From Podarcis vaucheri (lineage: Eukaryota): 64,000 nucleotides of DNA. The notes beneath the pieces were generated by a model that made no database searches, was not told where the DNA came from, and saw nothing but the letters and a program-made list of their open reading frames with translations. Position numbers and translations under genes: made by a program. The stretch lies in the NCBI GenBank assembly GCA_965113315.1, contig OZ220365.1; one strand, written 5' to 3'. Positions 1 to 12,533 of the stretch are shown here, piece by piece (position 1 is the stretch's first letter; each line of letters opens with the position of its first letter).

Positions 1-2538
1 TCTTCTGGCTCTTCTGCTTGTATGCAAGACATTTCCTATGTTCCTAGAGCCTAGGATGTCTGCACAGGGGTGTGTGCATGTCCTGAGATGTTGGGGGACC
101 CATTCTTGTTTCAGATAACCTTTGGCCCAACCCCTTGTTGTTGCAAAGTAGGCTTGAGACACAGACGCACCCTGGCCACATCTACCTTCAAGCTAATCCC
201 TAAAGCAACAGCTTTACTCAGCTTAACAGTGGATTAGTCATTCAAGCAAAAGCCATCATTCATGGCTGAAGGTGTGCACGTTTTATTGCAAAATTCATGT
301 ACCCTATTTCCAAGGGATTAAACTAACATTTACACATTGATAATAACTTAAAAGAATTCTAGTTGCTTAACGGTCAAGCATTGAGTAAGTACTAAGAATG
401 CTAGGACGTCTTTCGATGAACAGGACATTGAGATCCCTTGTCAAGTGCTGGAGGTCATCTGCCTGATGACCCTGTGCACAAGGTAGAAAGGAGGAGCAAG
501 TTTTTAAAGATCCCACCAGAGCACATGCCAAGGTGGCCAACCTGAAGTCCCTGACATCGTTTTGTGTGTCCTCTGCACCCTTCTGAATCTACCCTGTTCT
601 TCCATGCCAGAGGTCCTCCCTTCCTGTTTCTTCTTAAGTTTTTCCTGACTTCCTAACTGCATCCCCCCTCATTTCACGTAGAAAGGAAGAGAATAAAAGT
701 TAACAGGTTTTTTTTTAGTGGTTTTTTTTTTTTTTTTTTTTTAGTCCTGGGTGTATTGTTAGGGAAATGCCACGTTCCTCTGCCCCTGGCTGTCTGGGAA
801 CAATTGTTAGTCTTCTGCCACTTAACTGCTTACTATGATTATATATGTCGGTGTGTGTATTTGTATATAGCACACTAAAGTCAGAAAGGAATGACTTTAA
901 CTTAACCTCCAGAACAGTAGCTGTATTGGAATGTTGTACAAAACCCCCTGTAGACTTTTTGAGGGGATCCCATTAAAACCAATAGGGCTTACTTCCAATG
1001 AGATCTGTATGGTACTGGGAATTGTAATGAGAGGTGGCCATGTTGCAAACTGAAGCAAATTCTGGATCGATCAATCAAAACCACATGCTGCTGGCTTCAC
1101 CCACTGCAACACCCACCCACCTAGCAACAGAACAAAGTCCATCCATCTCCATGCTCAAGGATTCCCTTCCATAGTTTAACCACTTCGCCACAAAATTATC
1201 AAATTTGTGCCAGGGACTTCAGTTAAAACATTAATAGCTCACAGTTAGGCCAGAAGATGTTGACAGAAAGGTTGGGCAAGTTGTTGGTAGACAGAGTTGG
1301 CATCTGAATTAGCTGACATACCATGAACAGCTCAGACTCCTGATTATGCCACAATATGAAATTCTATCATTTAAGAACATAAGAGGCGCCTGATGGATCA
1401 GGGCAATGGTTCATCTAGTTCTGCTTCTTGTTGTCGGGCCAACATTGTCACATGATAGGTTGGCCAGCCCAACATGAACCAACTTTTCATGGGTAGTACT
1501 GTGAACAACTACTTCATGTGTGTTTTACAGAACAATTCTCCTAACATGGCTACTATGTTTAGAATTTTTACAATACCACTTAAGGTGTGTGTGGGGATTT
1601 AATTGGCTTTTGGCCTGTTGAGAGCAGGCTGCTTAACGAAGCCATTGGGCTAGGACTTAGAACACACCTTTCTTCCACTGTCAGAGAATTGCTTTGACTG
1701 AGTCGATTTAGGTAGGCAGTAGCCACAGCAATTTTGGGTTATGGGCTCCACAAGACTTCCTATTATGCAAGGCTTTTCTTCCCCTCCTCCCCACATCAAC
1801 TGATTTTTGCAACAATGCAAGACGCTATATCAACCAGTCCTCCCTTTCGCCCTTTCTGACCACATATGCCAAGTTTGTAAAAACCTGTATAATTATAAAC
1901 TATCCAAGTTATCTTGGATATCTTGCATGGAAGGCTTTTATCTTTTGTAGAGACAAATCACACAGTCAAAAAGAGGATTATGCATGCTGATCTTAAAAAT
2001 TGCAATAGAATTAAACAGGGCACGGGGAGGCTGTTTCTATGGTACTGGGGTCAGCACAGTAATGAAAAATTGGATCATTATTCCACATTTTATCTTGTAA
2101 TTTGTTCATGTAGGCACTGTTGTAATATTAACCAGCCAAGTTAATGACATAAAAGCCTCTCACTAAACTCATTATAAAACTATACTTCAGGTGCTAGGAT
2201 AAAACATTTGAAGATGATGGATCCGGCACCAGAAAATCAGTGCAATTTTCAGCTTCCCATGAAGTCACACATACCTGGCTACAACGCAGCATTCTGTAGT
2301 CTGCTGAAACTAGGTCCATCAGCTAAAGTGAAGCTGACACCAGTTCTAGAATATACCTTAATCCATCCCTAGATCAAGTCAAGGGCAAACACACAAAACA
2401 CCTTGCCCCATGAATCCTTTGGTATTCTCTGCAACATCACGTTTGAGAAAAGTGGAATTCTCAATTCACAAAGTTAGTTATTGCACACAGTGCCTGTTAA
2501 AACACTACTCATGTGGGCATCAACTCCAGCAGCAAGTA

Positions 2539-2753
2539 CAGTGGTACCTTGGGTTAAGTACTTAATTTGTTCCAGAGGTCCGTTCTTAAACTGAAACTGT
2601 TCTTAACCTGAAGCACCACTTTAGCTAATGGGGCCTCCTGCTGCTGCCACATGATTTCTGTTCTCATCCTGAAGTAAAGTTCTTAACCCAAGGTACTATT
2701 TCTGGGTTAGCGGAGTCTGTAACCTGAAGCGTATGTAACCCAAGGTACCACTC
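2539..2753. mobile_element. Tc1/mariner-pogo type MITE, family A (CAGTGGTACC termini)
   Basis: TA|CAGTGGTACCTTGGGTT ... AACCCAAGGTACCACTC|TA. Terminal inverted repeats (TIRs) and TA target duplication; body shared with six other copies. Confidence 0.85.
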
Positions 2754-3211
2754 TACTGTTACCGAGAAGCTTACTTTAACTGGAACTCTGCACATGCACC
2801 AGCATTGTGCAAGCCTAATTAGTCTTCAGAACGTCTACCATATCTAATGGACATACCTGCTCTTACTTACCATGAATTAATCCTAGGACAATGGTAATAA
2901 AACTAGCATCTTCCACCAGTAATTGGATGAAGCCAGGGATATTTATACAAGTCAATGAGGTAATGGTGAGGGTGCAGGCAAATTCTGTCAAAATTTATAG
3001 TAACAAGAGCTTACTCTTATCCTTGTTAGATTGTAGGTGTTCAAAACTGGGCAAAAGTTTTGAAGTTCAACATGACAGAAACCCTTTAACATGGTCTTCC
3101 GCCAAGCACAACACAGAACTGAAAAGTCAGGACCTCAAAGTTTCTTTAGCTTGCACACAATAGGATTAGTAGGGTGTGACTTGTAAGTAGGATGAGACCA
3201 CCCATCTACTC

Positions 3212-3681
3212 CAGTGGTGGAGGACTTGTGGCCCTCCAGTTGTTGCTGGATTCCTACAGTGGTGCCTCGCAAGACGAAAAGAATCCATTCTGTTATTCTC
3301 TTCGTCTAGCGGTTTTTTCGTCTTGCGAAGCAAGCCCATTGAAGGATTAGCGGATTAGCGCTATTAGCGGCTTTTAGCGGCTTATCTGCTGATTGGATCA
3401 GCTGATAAGCATCTTAGCGGCTTAGAAAAAGGGGGGAGGAAAAAAACCCAGCAGGAACTCGCAAGACTTTGTCGTCTTGCGAAGCAAGCCCATAGGAAAT
3501 TTGTTTTGCGAAGCACCTCCAAAATGGAAAACTCTTTCGTCTAGCGAGTTTTCCGTCTTGCGAGGCATTCGTCTTGCGGGGCACCACTGTATTTCCTTTC
3601 AGGCCCAACCGTTGTCATGCTGGCTAGAGCTGATGGAAGCAGAGTTCAACAACATCCAGGGCAACATGTTCCCTACCACTG
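3212..3681. mobile_element. Decayed hAT-like fold-back MITE hosting a nested Tigger-like element
   Basis: CAGTGGTGGAGGACTTGTGGCCCTCCAG... and ...CATGTTCCCTACCACTG ends; resembles the MITEs at 12398 and 50019. The 8-bp flanks match at only 5/8. Confidence 0.55.
3257..3589. mobile_element. Tigger/pogo-like non-autonomous DNA transposon, family B (short form)
   Basis: TA|CAGTGGTGCCTCGCAAGACGAA ... TTCGTCTTGCGGGGCACCACTG|TA; same termini as 27300-28249. Confidence 0.85.
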
Positions 3682-4063
3682 GTCCACTATTTCTAGTTGC
3701 TGAATCCAATTACTGCTACTGCACCTGAAAAAGTAAAAAATAGATCCCCATCCAAGGCCAGAACCCTTCAGTCTTGAATGCCTATTCCATGCATGTCAGC
3801 TCACTTCTCTTCTGTGACTGTTGCCTTCTGAACCTTCATTATTCTTTCCCCAAACCATTCATGCTTCTTTTACAAGTTCTGGTGAACCACATCCTGCTTA
3901 CATCTTGGGCACTTCTCCAACATTTCCCATGCTGCAGGTACATGGTAAAGTTGAGCTTCTACCAAACAATGTTTGATGGGGCTATATGTATATTTATAGA
4001 AGTGTGTTAGGAAGTCACAAACCGGTTTTAGCCCCCTGAAATGTATGTTCCATTGTATGTTTT

Positions 4064-4145
4064 TTTAAAAGTTGGTTTTAGTTGGTTTTAGATATATTTT
4101 TAATTTAAAAGTTGGTTTTAGTTGGTTTTAGATATATTTTTAATT
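4064..4145. repeat. Exact 40-bp tandem duplication
   Basis: TTTAAAAGTTGGTTTTAGTTGGTTTTAGATATATTTTTAA repeated twice. Confidence 0.85.
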
Positions 4146-4496
4146 GCTTCTCCCGTCATCCTAAGGGTAAAAGTTGATCTAAAATTAAAACAGCTCTGGA
4201 TACTGAAAATTCACTTCCTTTAACAGAAGGAAGACATAATGCACTTGTCAGTTCTGAAGAGATGATTGCTCAAAACCAGTTTCAACAGTCACCTTGCCTT
4301 GTCTTAGGGGTTTCAATGCTTCATATAGTATGTACACTTCAGCCCTGTTCAGTGGTTCTCCATGTATAGAATCCAAGTGTGGAGAAATGAATGGAGGTTT
4401 CTAGATTTGCAAAAACAAATGGCAACAAGTTGCATACTGGAAACCCCAACTGATCACCACTGACTACAAGCAAAGTATACAATTTCCTTTTGTTTT

Positions 4497-4955
4497 AAAT
4501 GGCTAAGGACCGAAACACCTCAAGGACCGCCTCTTTCCATATGAACCTACCCGGACCCCAAGATCATCTTCTGAGGCCTTCCTTCGTGTGCCTCCTCCTC
4601 AAGAGGCCCGGAGGGTGGCAACACGAGAACAGGCCTTCTCTGAGGTGGCTCCCCATCTGTGGAATGGTCTCCCCAGGGAAGTTCGCCTGGTGCCTTCATT
4701 ATACACATTTAGGCGCCGGGCAAAAACGCTCCTTTTTAACCAGGCCTTTGGTTAATCTGATTTACATCCTATGCCATTTTAAATTTGGGGGGGGGGGTTT
4801 GGGGGGGAGGGGCTATTGGGTTGTTGTTTTTATTTTTATTAGGTATTTTGTGGTTTTATATCTTGATTTTATTCTGTGAACAGCCCTGAGACCCTCAGGT
4901 ATAGGGTGGTATATAAATTCAATTCAATTCAATTCAATTCAATTCAATTCAATTC
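4497..4955 (+). mobile_element. L2-type LINE 3' end with (AATTC)n tail
   Basis: Decayed 3' end of an L2-like ORF, ending ...GGGTGGTATATAAAT followed by 8 AATTC units at 4916-4955. Confidence 0.65.
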
Positions 4956-5640
4956 AAAGAAGAAGAAGCCACCATAACTTACCTGCTTGTTTTAGCCAGA
5001 CCCTGACTGAAAGATAGTCTGCCCCAATGAGAAACAGTTACAACATAGCAAGCGGTGTGACAGCACCTTCTTCTCTCATTTCTTCCCTCCTTTCCCATCT
5101 GCTTGCCACAAGTTTGTCTGGAAAGCAGCCAAGGCTACAAAGCCAGCCTAACATCTCTGCACAATACTGTGTGGCATTTTACAGCCCATGCTGAAGCAAG
5201 CTCTCACATTATTCTGCTCTGCCAACAACTAAGAACTAGCACAGGTTTTAAACACATTGAAACCTCTTGAACTGGCAGACCTGCCACACCACACTTCTAT
5301 CATCTCTTCTGCCTTATGGAATTTTAAAGGCCATTCATCATCTGAAGTAACACAAACAGTTAGAGGAATGACCCAATTTATACAGAGGGAGGTGTTGTAA
5401 CCTCTGGTGCGTGCTTCTTCCCGGTTCCTTTTAAGAGACTTGAACTAACTGCTAAAATGTTCTGTAAGTTATTTGACTTATTTGTGTCTAGCAGAGAAAT
5501 TTCAGGGCCAGAGTCATGTGCAGCTTGTTCTTCTCTCCAGGCTACCATTTTCTTAGCCACACACACGAATCCAGGGAACTGAATTCAAGCAAGTCAGGAA
5601 TTTGCATAAAATGTGATACAAGGGGCTGATTTCATACATA

Positions 5641-5881
5641 CAGTGTTACCTCGAGTTACAAACGCCTCAGGTTACAAACGCTTCAGGTTACAAACTCCAC
5701 TAACCTGGAAGAGTTACCTCGAGTTGAGAACTTTGCCCCAGGATGAGAATGGAAATAGTGTGCTGGTGGTGCAGCGGCAGCAAGAGGCCCCATTAGTGAA
5801 AACACACCTCTAGTTAAGAACAGTCTCAGGTTAAGAACGGACCTCCAGAATGAATTAAGTTCATAACTAGAGGTACCACTG
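5641..5881. mobile_element. Family A MITE (opposite orientation to 2539)
   Basis: TA|CAGTGTTACCTCGAGTT ... AACTAGAGGTACCACTG|TA. Confidence 0.85.
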
Positions 5882-7778
5882 TACTGGCCTCCACTCATGT
5901 TATCCCTGGTGTGTTAGTGTGTTGGGATGGGGGTGGGGTTGCACTGTTTTGAACTTTAGTGCATTTTAACTGCTCTGCAATGCCATGAGTCTTGTTTTGG
6001 AAATGACATCTAAGAAATTGCATAAACTAAACTTAAGAGCTCCACTTGACTCGGAAACATGCACACTATGTTGCTAACAATATCTGAAAGGAAACCCCTT
6101 CTACCTCAGAATCCTTTCAACACCTTCTGCTACCTAATCTAAGCAGACTTGGGGAGCCGTTTGACATAGCTTTAAAACTCATATCCCCGTCTAATTTTGC
6201 TAGTCTCTTCTGTTTCTCATTTTAGATTTACAGTTGGAGGCTTGTGATTCTTCTGCTCACAGTCAAGATGGTGCCCTTCTATGATTGTCCTGGCAAGCTT
6301 TGCACTGGAAGTAACTTAATTTGCACTGCAAGTGCTTGCCTCCCAGCTTCCTTCCTAGGGTGGTTGTGCATCATGGGACCACGGGCCATCTACTCCAACC
6401 TCCTGCAATGCAGGAATCTTTTTGCCAACATGAGGCTGAAACCCATGGCCCTGAGATGAAGACTTTTATGCTCCACCATCTTCAGTCCACTTATCACCAG
6501 TCCACCACCACGGATGACTTGTCAAGGGCACCCAGAAGCCTTAATGGCCAAGTGGACATTTGGGCCTCCATGATATTATTATTGGCTACAGAGACCCACT
6601 TGGCACCATTCCTCTCAACTGTCATGCCAAGACTATTTTATTTACCCAGCTGATTTCATGTCAGTGCCTAGAAATTATACCAAGTGATTCCATCCTGCTG
6701 CTTTTAGATCTGGATTTTATCCCGCTTCTGTGTTTTTCATTTTTAGCCATTTTAATTTGCAACTTTATAATTTTCTTTGGGGAATTTATTTGTTTGTTTT
6801 GTTACCTCCTACTCTGGTGATGTTGTTTATACGTTTTGAAAAGTGGACAAAGTATCTTCAAGACATAATCTTTTAAAACAACTGGGGAAAGGTTAGTGGG
6901 TAGACACAAGCATTGCAGCTATTTTCTGTAACTTTTCCTGTTTTTCTAGTTAGCCTCAGATGTTCATCAACTTCTGGCGGCCTGTGATTTGAACCCCCAG
7001 TCCCTAGACTTGCACACCGGCACAAGCTTGAACATATTATTCTGTTTTAGAGAAAACAAATTTCTAATTCAAAATCGAGTTGAAACCACACATTTACACA
7101 AAACAGCACTTCCTTATTATCTTGCTTAATAAGGAGTCTTTAAAATAAGCTTATAACTCAGGCTAATGGATCTCCATTCACAAGACTTAGCTCATGTGAT
7201 AAAAAGAATGAATAGTCACTTCTACATTTTACCATGTCTTTCCACAAGAGCAAAACTAAAGCCACAAGCCACAAGACCTCAGGGACTTTTGCTTAAGTCT
7301 TGCATTAGCACACACTACTCATTTCTGGAAGTCCTTCTGTGGCAGTTGTGTCTGAACTGGGACACTGTGATCTGCTCTTGCAATCTACAACCTGTATTAA
7401 GCAAGTAACATACTTGGGCTGGGATCAAGAGGAGACTGCCTTCCCAGAAAAGCTGATTCCTATGCCATACTGAAACACTCATAGTGCATACATAGGAGGA
7501 AGTCTACTGCAAAAGGGGAAATAAACATGCTTTCATTCGGCATTTGTCAACATGTTACCCTCTAGCTGTTTTGGATTGCTACTCCTGCCAACCGGTCTTC
7601 CAAAGGCTATTTATTTATATGTTTAGGTCTTCTTTCCAGGATGAAGCATAGGGGAAAACAGTTGTGTATGCAAGTGAGTGGCAAGTTTACCCACCTCCAC
7701 CCAAGAGCAGCTTATTCCAACTTTTAAACAAAACATTCTACTTTAAAATTGAGGAGACAAGCAAGCCAGCAGCAATTA

Positions 7779-7958
7779 CCGTATTTTTTTGCTCTATAAG
7801 ATGCACTTTTTCCCTCCTAAAAAGTAAGGGGAAATGTGTGTGTTATGGAGCGAATGCAGGCTGCACAGCTATCCCAGAAGCCAGAACAGCAAGAGGGATC
7901 GCTGCTTTCGCTAGGTGCGTCTTATGGTCTGGTGCATCTTATAGGGCGAAAAATACAG
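7779..7958. mobile_element. pogo/Tigger-like MITE (CCGTATTTT termini)
   Basis: TA|CCGTATTTTTTTGCTCTATAAGATGCAC ... GTGCATCTTATAGGGCGAAAAATACAG|TA; TIRs and TA duplication. Confidence 0.8.
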
Positions 7959-8208
7959 TAGCATTTCTCTCCCAATTTGGTCCCAATTCTCTCCCCTCCC
8001 CCACCATTTTTTTTAAAAAAGTGTGATTTCTCATACGGGACTGCTGTTCAAGGATCAACTGCCTAAAGCCCCTTGTAAATATATACTTAGTTTCACAGTG
8101 CCTTGACTTCTCCTGCAACAGCTCCTGCATATGAAGCCTTTTCAGACTAGCTTGGCAGCTAATGCAATTTTTTTTTAAGGCAGGAGTCATATATACGTGC
8201 AATACTTG

Positions 8209-8456
8209 CAGGAGCCAGCAAACTTTTTCAGCAGGGGGCTGGTCCACTGTCCCTCAGACCTGGGGGGGCGGACTATATTTTGAAAAAAAATAATGAATGA
8301 ATTCCTATGCCCCACAAATAACCCAGAGATGCATTTTAAATAAAAGCACACATTCTACTCATGTAAAAACACGTTGGTTCCTGGACCGTCCGTGGGCTGG
8401 ATTTAGAAGGTGATTGGGCCGGATCCGGCCCCCGGGCCTTAGTTTGCCTACGCATG
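8209..8456. mobile_element. hAT (Charlie/OC1-like) non-autonomous element
   Basis: CAGGAGCCAGCAAACTTTTTCAGCAGGGGGCTGGTCCACTGTCCCTCAGACC ... GGGCCTTAGTTTGCCTACGCATG; imperfect TIRs, no clear 8-bp target-site duplication (TSD). Confidence 0.7.
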
Positions 8457-9611
8457 CACAATAGGATGGCCCACTTAGCAACTCAACCACTGCATTGTGC
8501 ACCAATTGCAGCTTCTGAGCTAATCTTAAGGGCGACCCCACACAAAACTCATTTGCAGTAGCCTAGTCTTGAGGTTGCTAATGTACTGTGGCCAGGCTTT
8601 AGTAGACAATGGTTATTGCTGGTGCACTGGCTGAAACAGGCAAAAGGCACTCATTAGACACAGAGGTTGCTTGGGCTTCCAGTGATGAAAATGGATCAAA
8701 GAGTATCCTCAGACTGCATACCCATATCTTTGGAGGGAATACAATCCTATCCAGAATATGCACATTCCCTAACTCCACTCGCTCTCAGGCATGTTTTTTA
8801 CTTACCAATTACTACTTTACTTTAAATTTTTATTATTATTACAATGAAAAGTATAGTAAAAGATGTCACAAAATAATTCTAAAGACAAAATAGCCAGATA
8901 AATAATTATCACAATATGAGTAAACAAAACTTTCTGTTATCCATAAATTCTTCCCAAATACTCAGTAGTAAATCCATTCAATATATTTTTATGGTGTTCC
9001 TAAATGCGGACAGAAATTGTCACATTTTATTGCACCAGTACAGGATAAGCATAATTCTATTTTTCAAGAAACAAATCATTAGATTGTCCACCTTCCCTCA
9101 CTGTCATATAATCGTTACAGTAGAATGTATTTGCCAATTCCCAGACCTGCAAAATCCACTCGTCTGATAAAGGAGTCCTTGAGCCCCCCCCCCCCCGTTA
9201 AAACAAGTTGCCATATGTGCTACTGTTAATAAATGAAGTAACAATCCTATATCCGTTGACATAACCAAATCATGCATAGCCAAATGACAAGATTAATGAG
9301 TGTTCAGAAGAGTCAAATTCTGTTTCAAGTTTGATTTAATTTATTATGACTCTGCAGAAGGCTTAAATTTTCAGGCAGAACCAAAAATACCAGACATATC
9401 AGCGTGGCTCACAATTTACACCTTCAGCGCATATCTGTTCTCCTCTCTACCCTGTTAAGCCTTAAGGGTGCTAAATACCAGCAAAAGATAAATATGGAAA
9501 AGCTTTCTTCAAGATTTGTGCTTAGGGTTTGTTGGGGGGAATATGCTGTCATAATCAATTCCAAGCCTGATGCGCCGTCAAGTATCTTTCCCAATAGCTC
9601 TGCATTTCTAA

Positions 9612-9895
9612 GGGCTCATCCATACTTTCGTTTCTGCCGGGTTTCTAGGCACAGGTACACACTTAAAGCCCTACTCCCTACCTCCCAGCACTTTCCCCAC
9701 AAAAACCAGCTTTTTACTGCTGAATCGGATCAAATGGCAATTAGTTGAAAACCCAAATTTCCATTAATTCCGATTCAATGTTAAAGAGCAGGTTTTCCTG
9801 TGGAAAAAGGTGGGGGGTGGGAAGTGCTTGGGGACAGAGGTTTAAAACACAGACTTGTGCCTTGAAACCACAGGGCAAAAAGTGTGGATGAGCCC
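9612..9895. mobile_element. PIF/Harbinger-type fold-back MITE
   Basis: TAA|GGGCTCATCCATACT ... AGTGTGGATGAGCCC|TAA; 3-bp TAA duplication and long imperfect internal inverted symmetry. Confidence 0.8.
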
Positions 9896-10037
9896 TAAAT
9901 TAATGCTGTAGTTTTATCCTACTGGCTGCACTTAGTACTCGCTGAAGAATGGCCAAAGCAGTTATGTACAAAGTCTCTCATATAAAAGCAAAAACACAAA
10001 ACCTGACAGCTAAATTTATTAACACAGTCCAAAATAG

Positions 10038-10518
10038 TTATTCTGTCATTTCTCCATCTTCTTTCACACCCCTTATAGTGGTACCTCGGGTTAAGTACTT
10101 AATTTGTTCCGGAGGTCCGTTCTTAACCTGAAACTGTTCTTAACCTGAAGCACCACTTTAGCTAATGGGGCCTCCCACTGCTGCCGCACTGCTGGAGCAC
10201 AATTTCTGTTCTCATCCTGAAGCAAAGTTCTTAACCCGAAGCACTATTTCTGGGTTAGCGGAGTCTGTAACCTGAAGTGTATGTAACCCGAGGTACCACT
10301 GTATTATAAAGGACATTGTTGCACCTTATCAGAACTTCACCAAGGTGTCCAGATAATGCACCATCAGTATATTCTTTTGTATTTGCAAGCTGCATGTTCT
10401 TGTAGCCATCAACGGAGACGAGGTAGCCTTCGTATTCCTTTCCCCACTTCAGCTGCACCATCCCTGGATTCCCAGTCAGCCTATTCAGAAAGGGCTTTGG
10501 ATTGAGAGGCAGACTCAC
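10038..10518 (-). pseudogene. SNRPF: Processed pseudogene of Sm protein F (SNRPF), interrupted by a MITE
   Basis: Intronless (V)[70 protein letters not shown] at 10518-10304. It resumes beyond the MITE as RGVKEDGEMTE-stop (TAA at 10040-10038). The start ATG has become GTG; AATAAA at 10020-10015. Confidence 0.93.
10076..10301. mobile_element. Family A MITE inserted in the SNRPF retrocopy
   Basis: TA|TAGTGGTACCTCGGGTT ... AACCCGAGGTACCACTG|TA. Confidence 0.9.
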
Positions 10519-11118
10519 AGCCAACCAAATGGTGGCTACAAAAAATTACTTGCGGGCAGCACTTGCGCCCACCAAAGCTCTAAAAAGAAAAGGCATGGAA
10601 GTATGTACCAAGTCTTATACACCACCAGCAGCCATCATATGTATATTGAAACAGTCTCAACTGACTCTTGATTCTTGCAATTAAATTCTCTACCCCCAGT
10701 TAGCTACGCATTTCCATTTGAAAATACAATTTGTTTTTTATACATGATATAAATACCAACTTTGATTGATTTTAAGCTTGATTTTATGTAGATGAGTCAT
10801 TTTCCTATTTGCTTCAGATACCCACATTTCATTTTAAAAAACAAAACAAGCCTAGAATTATTTTGCCTGTCGCCACACATCAATACTGCAAAGACAGACA
10901 ATATAAAAAATTAAAGAGAATGACTATCACATGCTCACTCTGGACCGTCACTCCCTTTTTCTAAAGGGCAAGCTTTACTAAGAACTTGCACGTTTAGTTT
11001 ATGAATGCATCTGACAACTGGAACTCATCTGTAGGAACATTGTGACCCTTCCATTTACTATCTGCATGCACCCCAAATATTGAACATATTTACTGCTGTG
11101 AAACATTCATTTGGTAGC

Positions 11119-11875
11119 TTTTGTTGTTTGGTCATTTAGTCGTGTCCGACTCTTTGTGACCCCATGGACCAGAGCACGCCAGGCCCTCCTGTCTTCCACT
11201 GCCTCCCGCAGTTTGGTCAGACTCATGTTTGTAGCTTCGAGAACACCGTCCAACCATCTCGTCCTCTGTCGTCCCCTTCTCCTTGTGCCCTCCATCTTTC
11301 CCAACATCAGGGTCTTATCCAGGGAGTCTTCTCTTCTCATGAGGTGGCCAAAGTATTGGAGCCTCAGTTTCACGATCTGTCCTTCCAGTGAGCACTCAGG
11401 GCTGATTTCCTTAAGAATGGATAGGTTTGATCTTCTTGCAGTCCATGGGACTCTCAAGAGTCTCCTCCAGCACCATAATTCAAAAGAATCAATTCTTCGG
11501 CAATCAGCCTTCTTTATGGTCCAGCTCTCACTTCCATACATCACTACTGGGAAAACCATAGCTTTAACTATACGGATCTTTGTTGGCAAGGTGATGTCTC
11601 TGCTTTTTAAGATACTGTCTAAGTTTGCCATCGCCTTTCTCCCAAGGAGCAGGCATCTTTTAATTTCGTGACTGCTGTCACCATCTGCCATGATCATGGA
11701 GCCCAAGAAAGTAAAATCTCTCACTACCTCCATTTCTTCCCCTTCTGTTTGCCAGGAGGTGATGGGACCAGTGGCCATGATCTTCGTTTTTTTGATGTTG
11801 AGCTTCAGACCATATTTTGCGCTCTCCTCTTTCACCCTCATTAAAAGGTTCTTTAATTCCTCTTCACTTTCTGCC
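11119..11875 (-). mobile_element. 5'-truncated RTE-clade (BovB-like) LINE, RT C-terminal region
   Basis: ORF 11107-11889: AESEEELKNLLMRVKEESAKYGLKLNIKKTKIMA...FELWCWRRLLRVPWTARRSNLSILKEISPECSLEG...HGVTKSRTRL, typical of BovB/RTE; short (CAA)-type tail. Confidence 0.92.
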
Positions 11876-12397
11876 GAATAGACACACATCTGCAGCCTAC
11901 AATTCTTTTAGGTGAGTTGTCAGAGGAATGGTTAAGAGATTATCATTGTGGTGCTTTGTTCCTTTTGAATTCTTCAAGTGAAAAAGAACATTTTTAATTT
12001 GAGACTACTGTAAAATAAAATAGAGTCTCATTTATCTTCATCAAATTAAGAGAAGTCTACTGCCATGTACTTATTATTTTTAAAAACCCTGTTGCTCAAA
12101 CACTCCTGTTAGCTGCTCAACCACTTCTCATTAGCCTATGGTGGATACTCTCCTTGGAGAGGCAACTTCCAGGCACCACATATTCAGCCTAGCAAACAGC
12201 TGAGCAGCAGCCTCATATCCCTACTATAACTTTCTCACAGCCTGCCTGCTCTTCATTACTGCTCACACTATTAGTTCTCTTGCCACAGAACAGTCTCTTT
12301 CCCTGCAGGGGATCTCTGCACCCAGACGCTCTGCTGGTTGTATGCATCACCACACCATTTCCTTTATAAGTATGCGTCCCCTGCAATAGGATTATGG

Positions 12398-12533
12398 CAG
12401 TGATGGCCAAACTTGGCCCTCCAGTTTTTTTGGGACTGCAACTCCCATCATCTCTAGCTAACAGTACCAGTGGTCAGGGATGATGGGAATTGTAGTGCCC
12501 AAACAGCTTGAGGGCCAAGTTTGGCCATCACTG
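12398..12533. mobile_element. hAT-type fold-back MITE
   Basis: CAGTGATGGCCAAACTTGGCCCTC ... GAGGGCCAAGTTTGGCCATCACTG, a 24-bp perfect TIR; same family as 50019-50147. Confidence 0.85.

Noticed and set aside
11111-11881. Plus-strand ORFs over the BovB element
   Set aside because: Antisense shadows of the LINE reading frame.
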